A stretch of 64,000 nucleotides of DNA from Octopus sinensis (lineage: Eukaryota). Positions 39,575 to 51,428 of the stretch are shown piece after piece. The number at the start of each line of letters is the position of its first letter. Position 1 is the first letter of the stretch. The translations under genes and the position numbers were made by a program. The notes beneath the pieces were generated by a model. The model was not told the DNA's origin and did no database searches. It worked only from the letters and a program-made list of their open reading frames with translations. The stretch covers positions 31,310,001 to 31,374,000 of the forward strand of contig NC_043001.1 in NCBI RefSeq assembly GCF_006345805.1. Reading direction: 5' to 3'.

Positions 39575-39623
39575 GTGACAGTAACATGCATGTTTCGATC
39601 ATATTAGGTCTCATCAGTGAAAC
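39575..39623 (-). ncRNA. Minimal type I hammerhead motif (core intact, stem I poor)
   Basis: Minus strand: CTGATGA-GACC-TAATAT-GATC-GAAA-CATGCATG-T-T; palindromic stem III ACATGCATGT. Confidence 0.55.
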
Positions 39624-39646
39624 AAAGTCCACCCAGTTCGTACTTA

Positions 39647-39886
39647 AATCTTGCGTGCGTGCGGTTGCGTGGCCTCGTGGTTTGGGTGTTGGACTCGCAA
39701 TCGCATAATACTGGTTTCGATTCCTGCGCAGGGCGCTACGTCGTGTTCTTGAGCAAAACAATTTATTTCATGTTTCTTTGCAATCCCATCGAAATCTGAC
39801 GTAGTGCACCTCTACAGGGAATGCCGATTTGATGAGGAGAGGGGGGTTAATGTACAGCACAAACGTTTGATCACTATAAACAAATT
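39647..39886 (+). mobile_element. tRNA-Arg-like SINE (family D), copy 2
   Basis: Reverse complement of 37449-37690. Confidence 0.8.
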
Positions 39887-41088
39887 GTGCTGGTTATTCG
39901 GCAAGAAATTGCGGAACCTTCAACCCATCATCTGTCGTCTGCAACAAGAGAACCAACCACGTGTGTGTGTGTGTGTGTGTGAAAGAGAGAAGGAGGAGGA
40001 GAAAGAATGTATAAACGAAGCAAATTTTACTTAGTCCTGCCAAATTATGAAAACCTGCTTCGCTAAGGAGGTTTAATTTGAGCGAAATATGTCCGTTGCT
40101 TTCACCAGGTCCAGTTTGGTTCGCTGCCCATAACTTCAATGTGTAGAATCAGTGCAAGTATCACAGGAATATATCACTATTCTTTCAGTTGCTGGTGTTT
40201 ATATATTAGGTCTGATTGTGCCAATGTGTCTCTAATTATATCTGTAATAGCAAAGAGAAATGTTTAAGTACCACACAATCTCAGGTTCGACCCTGATATA
40301 TAAGTGTGAGGCATAAACAGTTGGTATTATCTCGACACGGCAGGTGAAATGAAAAGTATATTGCATTCGAACGTTCTACTGAAATTGAATCCATCTATAA
40401 AATAGACGATAAACATAAACTAAAGATATTAAATACCCAACAACAAATAGATAGATTGATAGATAGATTTAGTAATGGACAGATAGTGTTAGATAGATGA
40501 GTGGGTAGATATAGAGTTGTAGAGAGACATAAAGAAATAGAGGAATAGATACTTTCAAAGAACTAACAAAGAGAAAGATAAAGACTTTATATATATATGA
40601 GAGAGAGAGAGAGAGATGGACAGATACATACAAAATATTCGTCTAAAGATAAATATGAAGAGCTTATAAGATAGAGTGAACGAGTGAATTGGTAACTTCA
40701 AATGTTTTCAGAAAAAGATATGATATGAGATTAAAAGCAACAAGTTTAACTGCTTAACTAAACTAATTAGCCTTTGATAATTATAATTATTTCTACGAGA
40801 AACATTAAGCTGTCAGTCAAACGTTTCATTTAATCAAATACTCCCACAACGGTAATTATCTACTCAGTCAGACCAATAATTCTCAAGAACCCCGTGAAAT
40901 GTTTGTGATGGAGCTGAATTATTCCTTAATTAATTGTGTCACGAAATGAAAATCATTGATTTCTTACATAAACACAATGTCTCAGATTTATAAAAAAAAA
41001 AAAAGAACGGTAATTTATGTGGTTCATGCATTTCTCTTGAGCATTAGCAGGCTAAGTATATTAGTCTTACGCTGCTGCTGCTACAACT

Positions 41089-41240
<152 letters not shown>

Positions 41241-41729
41241 TTCACTGGTCAGTCTCGGTCAAACATAGCTATGATCAAAGGAGTTCATCATCCCATTTAT
41301 TATTCAGATAAAACTATCACGGAGGTTCGGCTGATATCTCTAGCAGGTCGAGTGACCGCGTAGAGGCTGCTCCGACTCGCAAATGATTACCTTGCATATT
41401 GATTACTTTTGACGATAGCAAATTAATTCTTGTTCAACTCGAGTATGCTTGATATGTAATCGATGTCATTGTTCAAACGAAACTGAGTGCAGTTGGTGGC
41501 AGAATTAGTAGAAAGAATTATCGGCCAAAATGCCTTGTGGTATTTCGTTGCGTCACTCTTACTGTGAGTTCGACTCCCGCTGGGGTTCAGTTTACCTTTC
41601 ATCCTTTTGGTAAGTACCAATCAATTACGGAGATGATTTAATCGTTTGCTCTCATTCACACCATGTGTATTAGTCTTGTGTTATCTACGTTGAAGATCGT
41701 TAATCAAGCAATTTCTTCTTTATTAAAAA

Positions 41730-42118
41730 CTAGCACTATGACCCGGCGTTGCCGGGCCTATTGCTAGTGCTTGTTGTTCGTTGCCGGGTCGCAGTAAAAA
41801 TTTCTCACTAAACCAAGAGCTAAGTTTCTTATCACATTTCAGCCCGGGCCAGTTTTGTTGTTTATGAGCTAGTTGGAGGTTTTTATAAGAGTAATTAATA
41901 TTCATTGGACTTCGGCAATGCCCATGTGTCCATAACTTATGGGCATAAGGGGTCGGTTTATCAATTGTTTAATGGCTTTCTAGAGTGACTGGGAAAATGA
42001 AAAGATCTTCCCGACCACCCTCAGACAGTTTTGAAAGCTCATAGAAAATGCGAGCCTTTTACGTGAAAAACTGTGTACATAGGACACACAGACACATTTT
42101 GCCGTTTATAAATATAGA
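41730..42118 (-). mobile_element. Non-autonomous Helitron
   Basis: Minus strand: 5' TCTATATTTATAA..., 3' hairpin GGCCCGGCAACGCCGGGTC followed by CTAG|T. Confidence 0.75.
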
Positions 42119-43468
42119 AATATATATTAGCGACAGAGGCAATATTAATACCGAAAGGTAATATTTATCCTCACTTAAATGTAGATGTTCTGTTTGAAGG
42201 AACTATACTGCGGTAGTTAACATGAGCGAAACACTCATGTTAGCTGAAAAATGCCCTCTTGTTGATATCACTTGCGGGGAGATAAATCCCTACTACCTAC
42301 AGCGTCGAGATCACCAGATCATGTGATTTCGCCCATGTTCGGTTTTGTCAATGATGATTATTTATTATTTAAAACTAACTTGCACTTAAACACATTATTA
42401 TTACTATTATAATTAAAGATTTATTTTAACAAGTGGGATATAAATATCATTGTTATTATTCAAAATGGTGGAGACAGGAATAATTTTGGCACTTTCAAAG
42501 TGACGAAGGATCTACCAAGGAGAATACACTTGAGTTGCTTGGGCGTTGATGGCGGCTCTAAACCCACCAGAGTACTCCAAATCAGCATTGTAAAACAATG
42601 AAGCATACATTTATTATACAATCGTGATTCAGCGAGATATGCATTTATTATAACAAAATGTACTACTCATAGCAACATGTGAACCGTGCACCACTCGGCT
42701 AGCAGTTCATTTTGGTTAGTATAAGACTGATGTGTGAAATACAAGTTGGTTTAAAACTCTATAATGAGAGAGTCTACAAAACCAATTTCGAAGGGATCTC
42801 TATAATTTCTATCAATTCACGCTTTAGAACACGTTGAAATTATCCAACAGCTATAATCTTTTAATGATTTATCAGTGATATGTGTCAATTTTTTTTTGTT
42901 TCTTTTTGCCTTTTTTTAAACCCTGCGAAAACCCTGGAAAACGGCTGAACAGATTTTCGCCACATTTGGCAGAAATACTCATTGGGTAAGTGGCTCGAAA
43001 TAATGAACGTTTGGTTTGATTATCTTTAAAAAAAAAATTTTTTTTAATAAAATAAAATCGAACTTACAGATTTTCCGTTTAGCAAGTGATCATATTATTT
43101 TCACTTTCTTTTTCATATGAATCTACCCTTGTCTGCGTGTGTATAGATCATGATGTACCTATGCGCGTAGACATGTGCGGGCACATACATAAATACATAC
43201 ATAGATATGTGACTCTATGTGTGTGTGTGTACAGTGATAGATTCGAGGGCTTCGTTTATTTACGAGTTGATGTCTTAATTTCATCGGAGTATAAATACCT
43301 ATAATAGTGATACTTAAAAGAAAAATTTAATTCAATTAAAATGCCTGGGTAAGCAACACATTGTAAGTCACACTATAATTTGCGAAAAAATCGCCCCTCC
43401 GATGCCTTTTTCTTTTTCGTACCCTATATTTTGCGAAGAGATCTTGGTAAACAGAGACCGTTCAGCAG

Positions 43469-43532
<64 letters not shown>

Positions 43533-43589
43533 TCTATTTATCTATCTATCTACATGTGTGTGTATTTGTATAGGGAGAAAGAGAAGCGC

Positions 43590-43935
43590 TGGTGTGGCTG
43601 TGTGGTAAGAAGCTTGCTTCCCAACCACATTGTTCTGGGTTCAGTCCCACTGCGTAGCACCTTGGGCAAGTGGCTTCTACTGTAGCCCCGGACCGACCAA
43701 AGCCTTGTGAGTGGATTTGGTAGACAGAAACTGAAAGAAGCCCGTAGTATGTGTGTGTGTCTGTGTTTGCCCCCCCCCCCCCGTTTGACAACCGGTGTTG
43801 GGGTGTTTAAGTCCCTGTAATCTAGCGATTCGACAAAACACATCGATAGAATAAGTTCTAGGCTTTTTAAGTTCAGGGGTTGTTTTGTTGGACTTAAAAC
43901 CCTTCAAGGCGGTGCCCTCGAATAGCTGCAGTCAA
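43590..43935 (+). mobile_element. SINE family A, diverged
   Basis: Head, body and tail recognisable. Confidence 0.8.
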
Positions 43936-44591
43936 GATAAGACACACACACGCACACACACACACATACACACACATACACTCACATACACACACACACA
44001 CGCATACATACACGCGCGCGCCTACTTAGCGTTTGGTTAATAACAACGATAACGTAAGTACAAGACCAAAACACGTTCTTGTTCGATATCATTGACAAGT
44101 TTCAAGGCAGCGCTTCAACTGCTCCAGCATGGCCGCAGTCCAATAGCTGAAGCTTGTAAAAGAATATCGAATCTTTCTTATTATTCCTCAAGTCATCCAA
44201 AACGCAAGGTGCAGTTGGCACTCTGAAACTGATCTTTGTAAGACAAGAAACTGTTTTGAAAGACTGAAAATAGCGCCACCACAACATGCAGAGGTCCAAC
44301 ATGAATTGTGACTAGAATGTTTGTTATAATTCTCGTTTTTTTTTGTCTCACTTAATACAATTATATACAACTCAAGATGGTTTCTATCTAATTATTCTGT
44401 TAAGTTTAATAGCAATTTAAAATCAATACTGACTTAGGTTCAATAGAGTGAAGAGCGTATGAGCTTGGTGGGAATGCGTTTTTATAGTGGGAATTAAGGG
44501 CGGGATAGTAATGCATTTCGGCCTCATTGGGCCTTGTCAATGACGTTTCTCAACAGAAAAACAAAAACACTAACATCGAACTAAAAAAGAG

Positions 44592-44698
44592 TATTTGTAA
44601 AATTTCGTAACATATGTTGACTGGTGATACAGTATGGACAGATTTTCGAAATCCAATGAACCTTTATACAGTTATACAGTTACGAAATTTTACAAATA
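44592..44698. mobile_element. Mini MITE-like element with 20-bp perfect inverted repeats
   Basis: TATTTGTAAAATTTCGTAAC (44592-44611) and GTTACGAAATTTTACAAATA (44679-44698), TA at both ends. Confidence 0.5.
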
Positions 44699-44801
44699 TG
44701 CTTTCTCAAGGAGATATGATATACCTATTATAATGGGTAATACTACATGCACATTTCATATTTTTTATAGTGTGATGTAACTCTTTGGAATAACAATGTA
44801 T

Positions 44802-44892
44802 GCGGCTGAAGAGAGCTTTAAACAATCTTTTATATCTATTATACACTGATGTAAGAACAGGTCGTTTATAAAGCTTGAAACACGTGTACCGC
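44802..44892 (+). ncRNA. Type I hammerhead ribozyme with extended stem II
   Basis: GCGG / CTGAAGA / GAGCTTTA..40-nt loop..TAAAGCTT / GAAA / CACGTG / TA / CCGC. All conserved core nucleotides present; GUA cleavage triplet. Confidence 0.8.
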
Positions 44893-44948
44893 GATATCCT
44901 TTGTGTTCTGTTTTTGATTTTATTTGATATATGTATGTACCTATATAC

Positions 44949-44999
<51 letters not shown>

Positions 45000-45398
45000 G
45001 TAATGGTTGTTACTACTCTTTTTAACCCTAGGAGGACACGTCCTCCAGTTGGTTAACGACACGATATCCGTGTCCGTTATAGTGCAAACAAGGGAACGAA
45101 CAACTCCCATCCAGCGGTAACAGGACCAGTAGACCAGCTGATTTCAGGGTCTTGCCCTTCCTCAGTATTGGTACACCCGTCTGCTACACATAGCTGTTGT
45201 TCGTCCCAGTTCGCAATGTATAAATAAATAAGCGACATTCAGCTGCTAATCTTGCAAGAAGCAAAGTAGCTAGTTCTAAAAACTCTATAAGAGATGCAAA
45301 TAGTAACTCAACTGAAGGAGATGTCCTCCTGTGGTTAAAAAGAGTAGTAACATTGTTCTGTACAGAACAACTACGTTGGGATGGTAACAACCATTACT
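45000..45398. mobile_element. Short element with nested inverted repeats enclosing a hammerhead (PLE pseudo-LTR-like)
   Basis: GTTACTACTCTTTTTAACC..AGGAGGACA (about 45014-45048) is inverted at about 45317-45350; AGTAATGGTTGTTAC (about 45000) is inverted at about 45383-45397. Confidence 0.6.
45125..45172 (-). ncRNA. Type I hammerhead ribozyme
   Basis: Minus strand: ACCAATA / CTGAGGA / AGGG-CAAGA-CCCT / GAAA / TCAGCTGG / TC / TACTGGT. GUC triplet; stem I 6 of 7 bp. Confidence 0.75.
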
Positions 45399-45416
45399 TC
45401 TCAGTAGAGTTACTAC

Positions 45417-45467
<51 letters not shown>

Positions 45468-45537
45468 CCGCGTGTGTATCGTTGGCGATTTTCTTTCTCC
45501 GTCTTCCCTTCCTTGGACCTTTCCTTTTTCCATGTTT

Positions 45538-45565
45538 CTGACGAAGAGCTCCGCTCGAAACCTTA
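45538..45565 (+). ncRNA. Minimal hammerhead-like motif, degenerate stem III
   Basis: CTGACGA-A-GAGC-TCC-GCTC-GAAAC-CTTA. Confidence 0.45.
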
Positions 45566-45673
45566 AATCCTTCTCCTTTCTTTCCTTTCCTGAGCATCCA
45601 ATAACACCATACTTGTTCCACGTCCTCGCGTTGTTGTGCTTTCTCTTTGTGTTTTCACGTTTGGATTAACTAT

Positions 45674-45760
<87 letters not shown>

Positions 45761-46385
45761 AGTGAGTGATCGCATGTGTGTATATGTATTATCATTCGTT
45801 CATACATAACCTATCCTAATATAAAAGCCCTGGTCATTGAAATATTCAGCATGTAGGGATTAAAAATACAACCCCCCACCTTCCAATCCATTGCAATAGG
45901 AGCCTCGGGAACGATAAAAAAGAAGGCACAGATAAATATTTAACCAAAACGCCTGGACTTGTATTCATTAACACAGAAAATGTCTATACTAGACACTACA
46001 CATGCATGACGTAATCTCAATGTATTAGAACAAAAAAGTATATAGCCCTGTACAGAAACAGGGCTTACAGAGCTGAGCTTGGTTATTGCACGCAATATCA
46101 ATAACAGAGAAAGCACGCAATAACAATCAAACAGTAGTAATAGTAGTAGTAGTAGTAGTAGTAGTAGTATATTATTGCCATCCGGACCATTCATGCATTT
46201 ACACAATGAAAACGCACAAAGGGGTTTCGAAATATATTGAGATAAACGCAGCAAATTCATTTATAAACAGGAAAAGGGGTAAGGTATACGATACAATACA
46301 CTGAGGAGGTTAAACATTTCTTTTCTATTTATTATTTATTTGTTGTTGAAATTACACAAAAATATTAAATATATAATGTTATTAA

Positions 46386-46555
46386 TATATAACACTGGCG
46401 GCGGCGGCGTGCTGGCAGAATCGTTATCACTTCGGGCGAAATGCTGAGCAGTATTTCGTCCTTATGTTCTGAGTTCAAATTCCGTTGTGGTCGACTTTGT
46501 CTTTCATCCTTTCGGGGTCGACAAAAATAAGTACCATTTGAACGTTGAGGTCGAT
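46386..46555 (+). mobile_element. SINE family B monomer
   Basis: Consensus match. Confidence 0.8.
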
Positions 46556-46727
46556 GTGGGGTGGGGGCCGTTAGAAGTTAATCAGTTAAGAACAGTACGT
46601 GACTAGTAATTTATCTTGTCGTCCCTGGGGGGATGATAGGAAAATTTGGACGTGGCAGGATTGGAAACCAGAAGGTAAAGAGCCGTAAAAAAATACTTCT
46701 ATACATTTCTTCTGAAACCCTAACTAT

Positions 46728-46963
46728 TTCTTATTTCTTTATTGCCAAAAAGGGGATAAACATAGAGGGGACAAACAAGGACAGACAAACGGATTAAGTC
46801 GATTATATCAACCCCAGTGCGTAACTGGTACTTATTTAATCGACCCCGAAAAGAATGAAAAGCCAAGTTGACCTCGGCGGAATTTGAACTCAGAACGTAA
46901 CAGCTGACGAAAAATGGCTACGCATTTCGCCCGGCGTGCTAACGGTTCTGCCAGCTCGCCGCC
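46728..46963 (-). mobile_element. SINE family B
   Basis: Reverse complement of consensus; inverted relative to 46386-46555. Confidence 0.9.
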
Positions 46964-47849
46964 TTATTTAGTCCTACTCTTACCTCCTTTCTCACCGCCC
47001 GACGAACGTTTATTTCCTCTTCGTCTAAAGATTTTGGAGTGATAATACTGAGAAGTAAATAATACATGTTTCACAACAAAATAATGAGTATTGGAGAAAG
47101 AAAGAAAATTCTCGACGAAGCGAATCGTCTTAATTTCTATTCGAAATTCTTTCATTTCACTTATGTCGCAAATGCCCTCAATTCATTTAGGAGAGTCTCA
47201 TTTTCCTGTTACCCTACCTTGCATTGAAGCCGTTAAGACCTGGTCTAACACTATTGATGTAGTGATAGTTGATGCTGATTTAAGGGTTATCATCATCATT
47301 ATTACTATTATTACTATTTTTTCTTAGTTGGCTTAATTGAACAGACATATGATTAAAAGTATTCTAGGCATGAACATCCCACCATTTTCTCGGCCATTTT
47401 ATATCTAAGATTATATGATTCATTGTGCATTTTCCTTTTCAAGATTGTAGGGTATCATGCCGGGGGCATTCGGTTGCTATTTCTCGCAGGTCGTACGACC
47501 ACGTAGAGGCTCTGTGGCAATAAAGTGTTGTAGAATATAATTTAGCTTTCAATTAATGGCGACAGTTTTCAGTTATCGTATCCTAGTTATCATTGGAACC
47601 TTCTCACAGTCGTTTAACCTACTAAAAATAACAGCCAAATGTCTCTCAAGGCTCACTCCAGCATCTCAAAAAAGGAAAACATTGTATTTGTTGTAAAATG
47701 CTGGGGAGGTCATGATGCGGAGGCCTTTGGTCATATATCTGCTCAATCAATCCAGAGCTGTGGTTAAACAACTTGCATCACAAATGTTATTGGGGAAAAC
47801 ATTAACAGCCGACCACTTCCTGTTCGTTGATATATTTGATTTTATTGAA

Positions 47850-48242
47850 GGCGGCGAGCTGGCAGAAACGTTAGCACGCCGGGCGAAATGCGTAGCCGTA
47901 TTTCGTCTGCTGTTACGTTCTGAGTTCAAATTCCGCCGAGGTCGACTTTGCATTTCATCATTTCGGGGTTGAACTGGGGTCGATGTAATCGACTTAATCC
48001 CTTTGTCTGTCCTTGTTTGTCCCCTCTGTGTTTAGCCCCTTGTGGGTAGTAAAGAAATAGGTATTTCGTCTGCCGCTACGTTGTGAGTTCAAATTCCGCC
48101 GAGGTCGACTTTGCCTTTCATCCTTTCGGGGTCGATTAAATAAGTACCAGTAAATCACTGAGGTCGATATCATCGACTTAATCCCCTTGTCTGTCCTTGT
48201 TTGTCTCCTCTATGTTCAGCCCCCTGTGGGCAATAAAGAAAT
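47850..48242 (+). mobile_element. SINE family B dimer
   Basis: Consensus match, tandem body. Confidence 0.9.
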
Positions 48243-49861
48243 ATATATATTTGGTTTTATATCTATATAAGGAATAAAAAATTCAAAAACAGTTAACAAT
48301 TTTTCTAAGAATCAAAAATTCTAGAAAATCATTTTGCATGTAACTGCGATGTTTGCGTGTATTTATGTTTGTGTGCGTGCATCTGTGCATGACTAAATTT
48401 TTGTATATACATGCGAGAATCCTGGTAGGCTTGTATGTATTGTGTGCATGAACGAGTATTTGTGCATGCGTTCGTGAAGGTATATGTATGTGTGTGCATG
48501 TTCCATATTATAGAATTTGTACTTTTGTGAATTTTTATTATTCATATTTATATGATGTTTATGTTTTTGTATCTGCATCATTTGTACAACTCGAGAAAAT
48601 ATATGAGCCGATTTTGCAATACGACTCTTCAAAATAAACTCAATACCAATTTATTCGCTTCTAAAGACATTTGTCGTTTTTTCTTTTTCTGCTTTCTTTT
48701 TGTGGAGTAGAGACGTTGCTTTATCTTTTCCCTTTCGTTATAGTAATGATTTCCAACATATTAATGATTTTTAACATAGAGACCACAAATTAGTGTGTAG
48801 TTGATTATTGTGACATCGATACTTGATTGGTACTTATTTTATCGATCCCAGAGATATGAAAAGATGAAACACAAAATCTACCCCGATTAGATTTGAACTT
48901 TGAGAGAATATTGGGATCTTTCAAACGCATATTATTAGAGGTCATCAGTCTGTTTCGTTGATCGATCATACACAGTGTGCTCAACTTCAAGATTTCGACG
49001 ATTCTACGATTCCCTCCATCTTTTTGCTCCGAAGATAAACAGTCTGCAGTGGCTGGCCGAGTCATTAGAGCGACCAATAAAATGCTTTGCCATATTTAGT
49101 AAAATCTTTCCGTATTTCTAGATCCTCCCAGATTAGTAATATTTTTTTAAGTAATTTTTTTTTTTTTTGTAAGGTTTTTTCCACGTTTCAAGTTCCTCAC
49201 AGATAAACTTTTGCATTTTATTCCCCCAATGATATCAGAAAAAATAAGAACTAGTAAAATACTGAAGTCACTTCAGTCAACTATACCTCTCTCAAAAGAT
49301 GAGTGTAGTTGAACTTGAGCAGAGTTTAAGTACAGTTTGTTTCTTTTCTTTTCTCCAGATGAGCTAACACCCAAGATTATTTCTCCCATTCAATTTTAAG
49401 GTGACGGAGACCTGCTTCCTTCCTTCAATTCTACTGAAATCAGAAACTGTCAGTACTTCCAGAAGTTGTTTGTGATGCTTACCATTGAGAGCATTGCAAA
49501 GATGTCTCTCAATGTGTTGTAGGAAATCCTTCATGGATAGTGAAAGGTCATTCTTACTACAACATGCCGACACAATAACCCTAGAACTCGTGCCAACTAG
49601 TAAATGTATCGTGGTAATATCCTTTGTACTCAGCGCTATTAAGTAAAATAAGCACGTGATTAGGGCATCAAGGGAGGGGAGGGGCATCACAGAAATGGTA
49701 AATAGTTTACGGTTTACAATTAAAAAAGTAGGAGAAAAATTTTCAAATATAAATAAAGTGGAAGTATTCAAAAATAAGCCTTATTTTCCATCTTACTGTT
49801 AGTTTTGTTTCATTTTGAAAAATAGAAAAATATTTTATGGTTTATTATTAAATTGTATATA

Positions 49862-50358
49862 TAGGCGTAGGTGTGGCTGTGTGGTAAGTAGCTATAGGCT
49901 TAGGAGTGGCTGTGTGGTAAGTAGCTTGCTTACCAACCACATGATTCCGGGTTCAGTCCCACTGTGTGGTACATTGGGCAAGTGTCTTGGGAGTGGATTT
50001 GGTAGACAGAAACTGAAAGAAGCCCGTTGTATGTATGTATGTATGTATGTATGTATGTATGTATATATATATACATATATACACACACAACTTATAAACA
50101 AGGGCAAGAGAAAAACATTTCTAATGCCAAATATGCCGAGACTAGACACATCGTCCATAACCATATAATTCATGCTTATAGTGCTTATAGTGATGAATTA
50201 TATAGTTATGGACGATGTGTCTAGTCTCGGCATATTTGGCATTAGAAATTTTTTTCTTTTGTCCTTGTTTATAAGTTATTTATAAATTTAACCTTTAAAG
50301 GTATTTTTTAATATGCTGGCCATTGATAAAAAATTTTTCGAAAAATTTTATCTTATAT

Positions 50359-50394
<36 letters not shown>

Positions 50395-50530
50395 ATAATA
50401 TATGTACTTGTGTGTGTATGTTTGTGTTTGTCCCCCAACATCACTTGACAACCGATGCTGGTGTATTTACGTCCCCATAACTTAGCGGTTCGGCAAAAGA
50501 GATCGATAGAATAAGTACTAGGCTTACAAA
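49862..50530 (+). mobile_element. SINE family A with duplicated head, interrupted by a fold-back element
   Basis: Head duplicated at about 49862-49925; body resumes at about 50410 after the insertion in its internal microsatellite. Confidence 0.7.
50089..50277. mobile_element. Fold-back/MITE-like 189-bp hairpin
   Basis: Arms 50089-50173 and 50193-50277 are reverse complements with about 4 differences; loop GCTTATAGTGCTTATAGTG. Confidence 0.85.
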
Positions 50531-51039
50531 ACTAATAGCAGTGTACTATTAGTTTAGATAAATTAATAAAGACAAGGAAGCAAAGGACGAGTTTTTAATA
50601 ATTATCATGCCCACTTTTAAAATATTTCATAAAATGGCCATCAATGAAACTGATATTTCGGCAGAAATATGCCATATTCGTAGCTAAAGAGAAATTTCTA
50701 GATTTGAAGTGTTTCCGTCAACAGTGCGTATCCTTCTTTTGCCGGTCACTTTTGTGAAACTTCTACTTCGAGGAATGCAAAAATTCTGCTGTCATCATAT
50801 TTTTATGGAATATCTCTTCTATCCAACTTCATAGCGTCAGTAGCAATAATTCAAAAAAAGTTTCCTACACTTCTCTTTTCTCTGTTGCTACTCGCCGAAA
50901 TTTTTCGTTTTGCAATGTTGGATGACTACGAAGAAGCAGCATGTTACTTGTGTAGTGCAGTTGATAAAGATAACAAAGTTGTAAGGTAAGAATTTTGAAT
51001 AAATACGTCATCGTATTCACTTACCACACACCAAGTTAA

Positions 51040-51428
51040 TCTTATATATATATATAAAGCTGAAGTTGTCTGTGTGGCAGGTTTGGTAACCTTCAACTAA
51101 CACTATCTCCTTCGAGACCCTGCGGTGCAAGTTGACCAAAATTGAGAATATGATAGAAGGCTTGCTCTTCATTCCGTAGAAGATAAAATTCAAATCTGAC
51201 CATGTTAACACCAAAAATTATTTACATCAAAAAGGTGGGTTTTTTCTATGAAAATCCCTATTTTTTACGATTTTTTTACTGCTGTGTCGCCATTTTTCGG
51301 TGTATTTCAACCAGAAAAATGTTCACTGAAAGAGAATAACAAGCTACGTAAGGTAAAATTTTTACTTTTCAAAAATTCCAATTCTAACGGGTCGAAACAA
51401 ACCTGAGCAACGCCGGCGATACTGCTAG
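51040..51428 (+). mobile_element. Non-autonomous Helitron
   Basis: A|TCTTATATATATATAAAGCTGAAGTTGTCTGTG at the 5' end and CCTGAGCAACGCCGGCGATACTGCTAG|T at the 3' end; inserted between A and T. Confidence 0.85.

Noticed and set aside
50710-50990. ~90-codon open frame with a hydrophobic stretch ending in AAG|GTAAGA
   Set aside because: Only superficial resemblance to a transmembrane segment; no acceptor or diagnostic motif.
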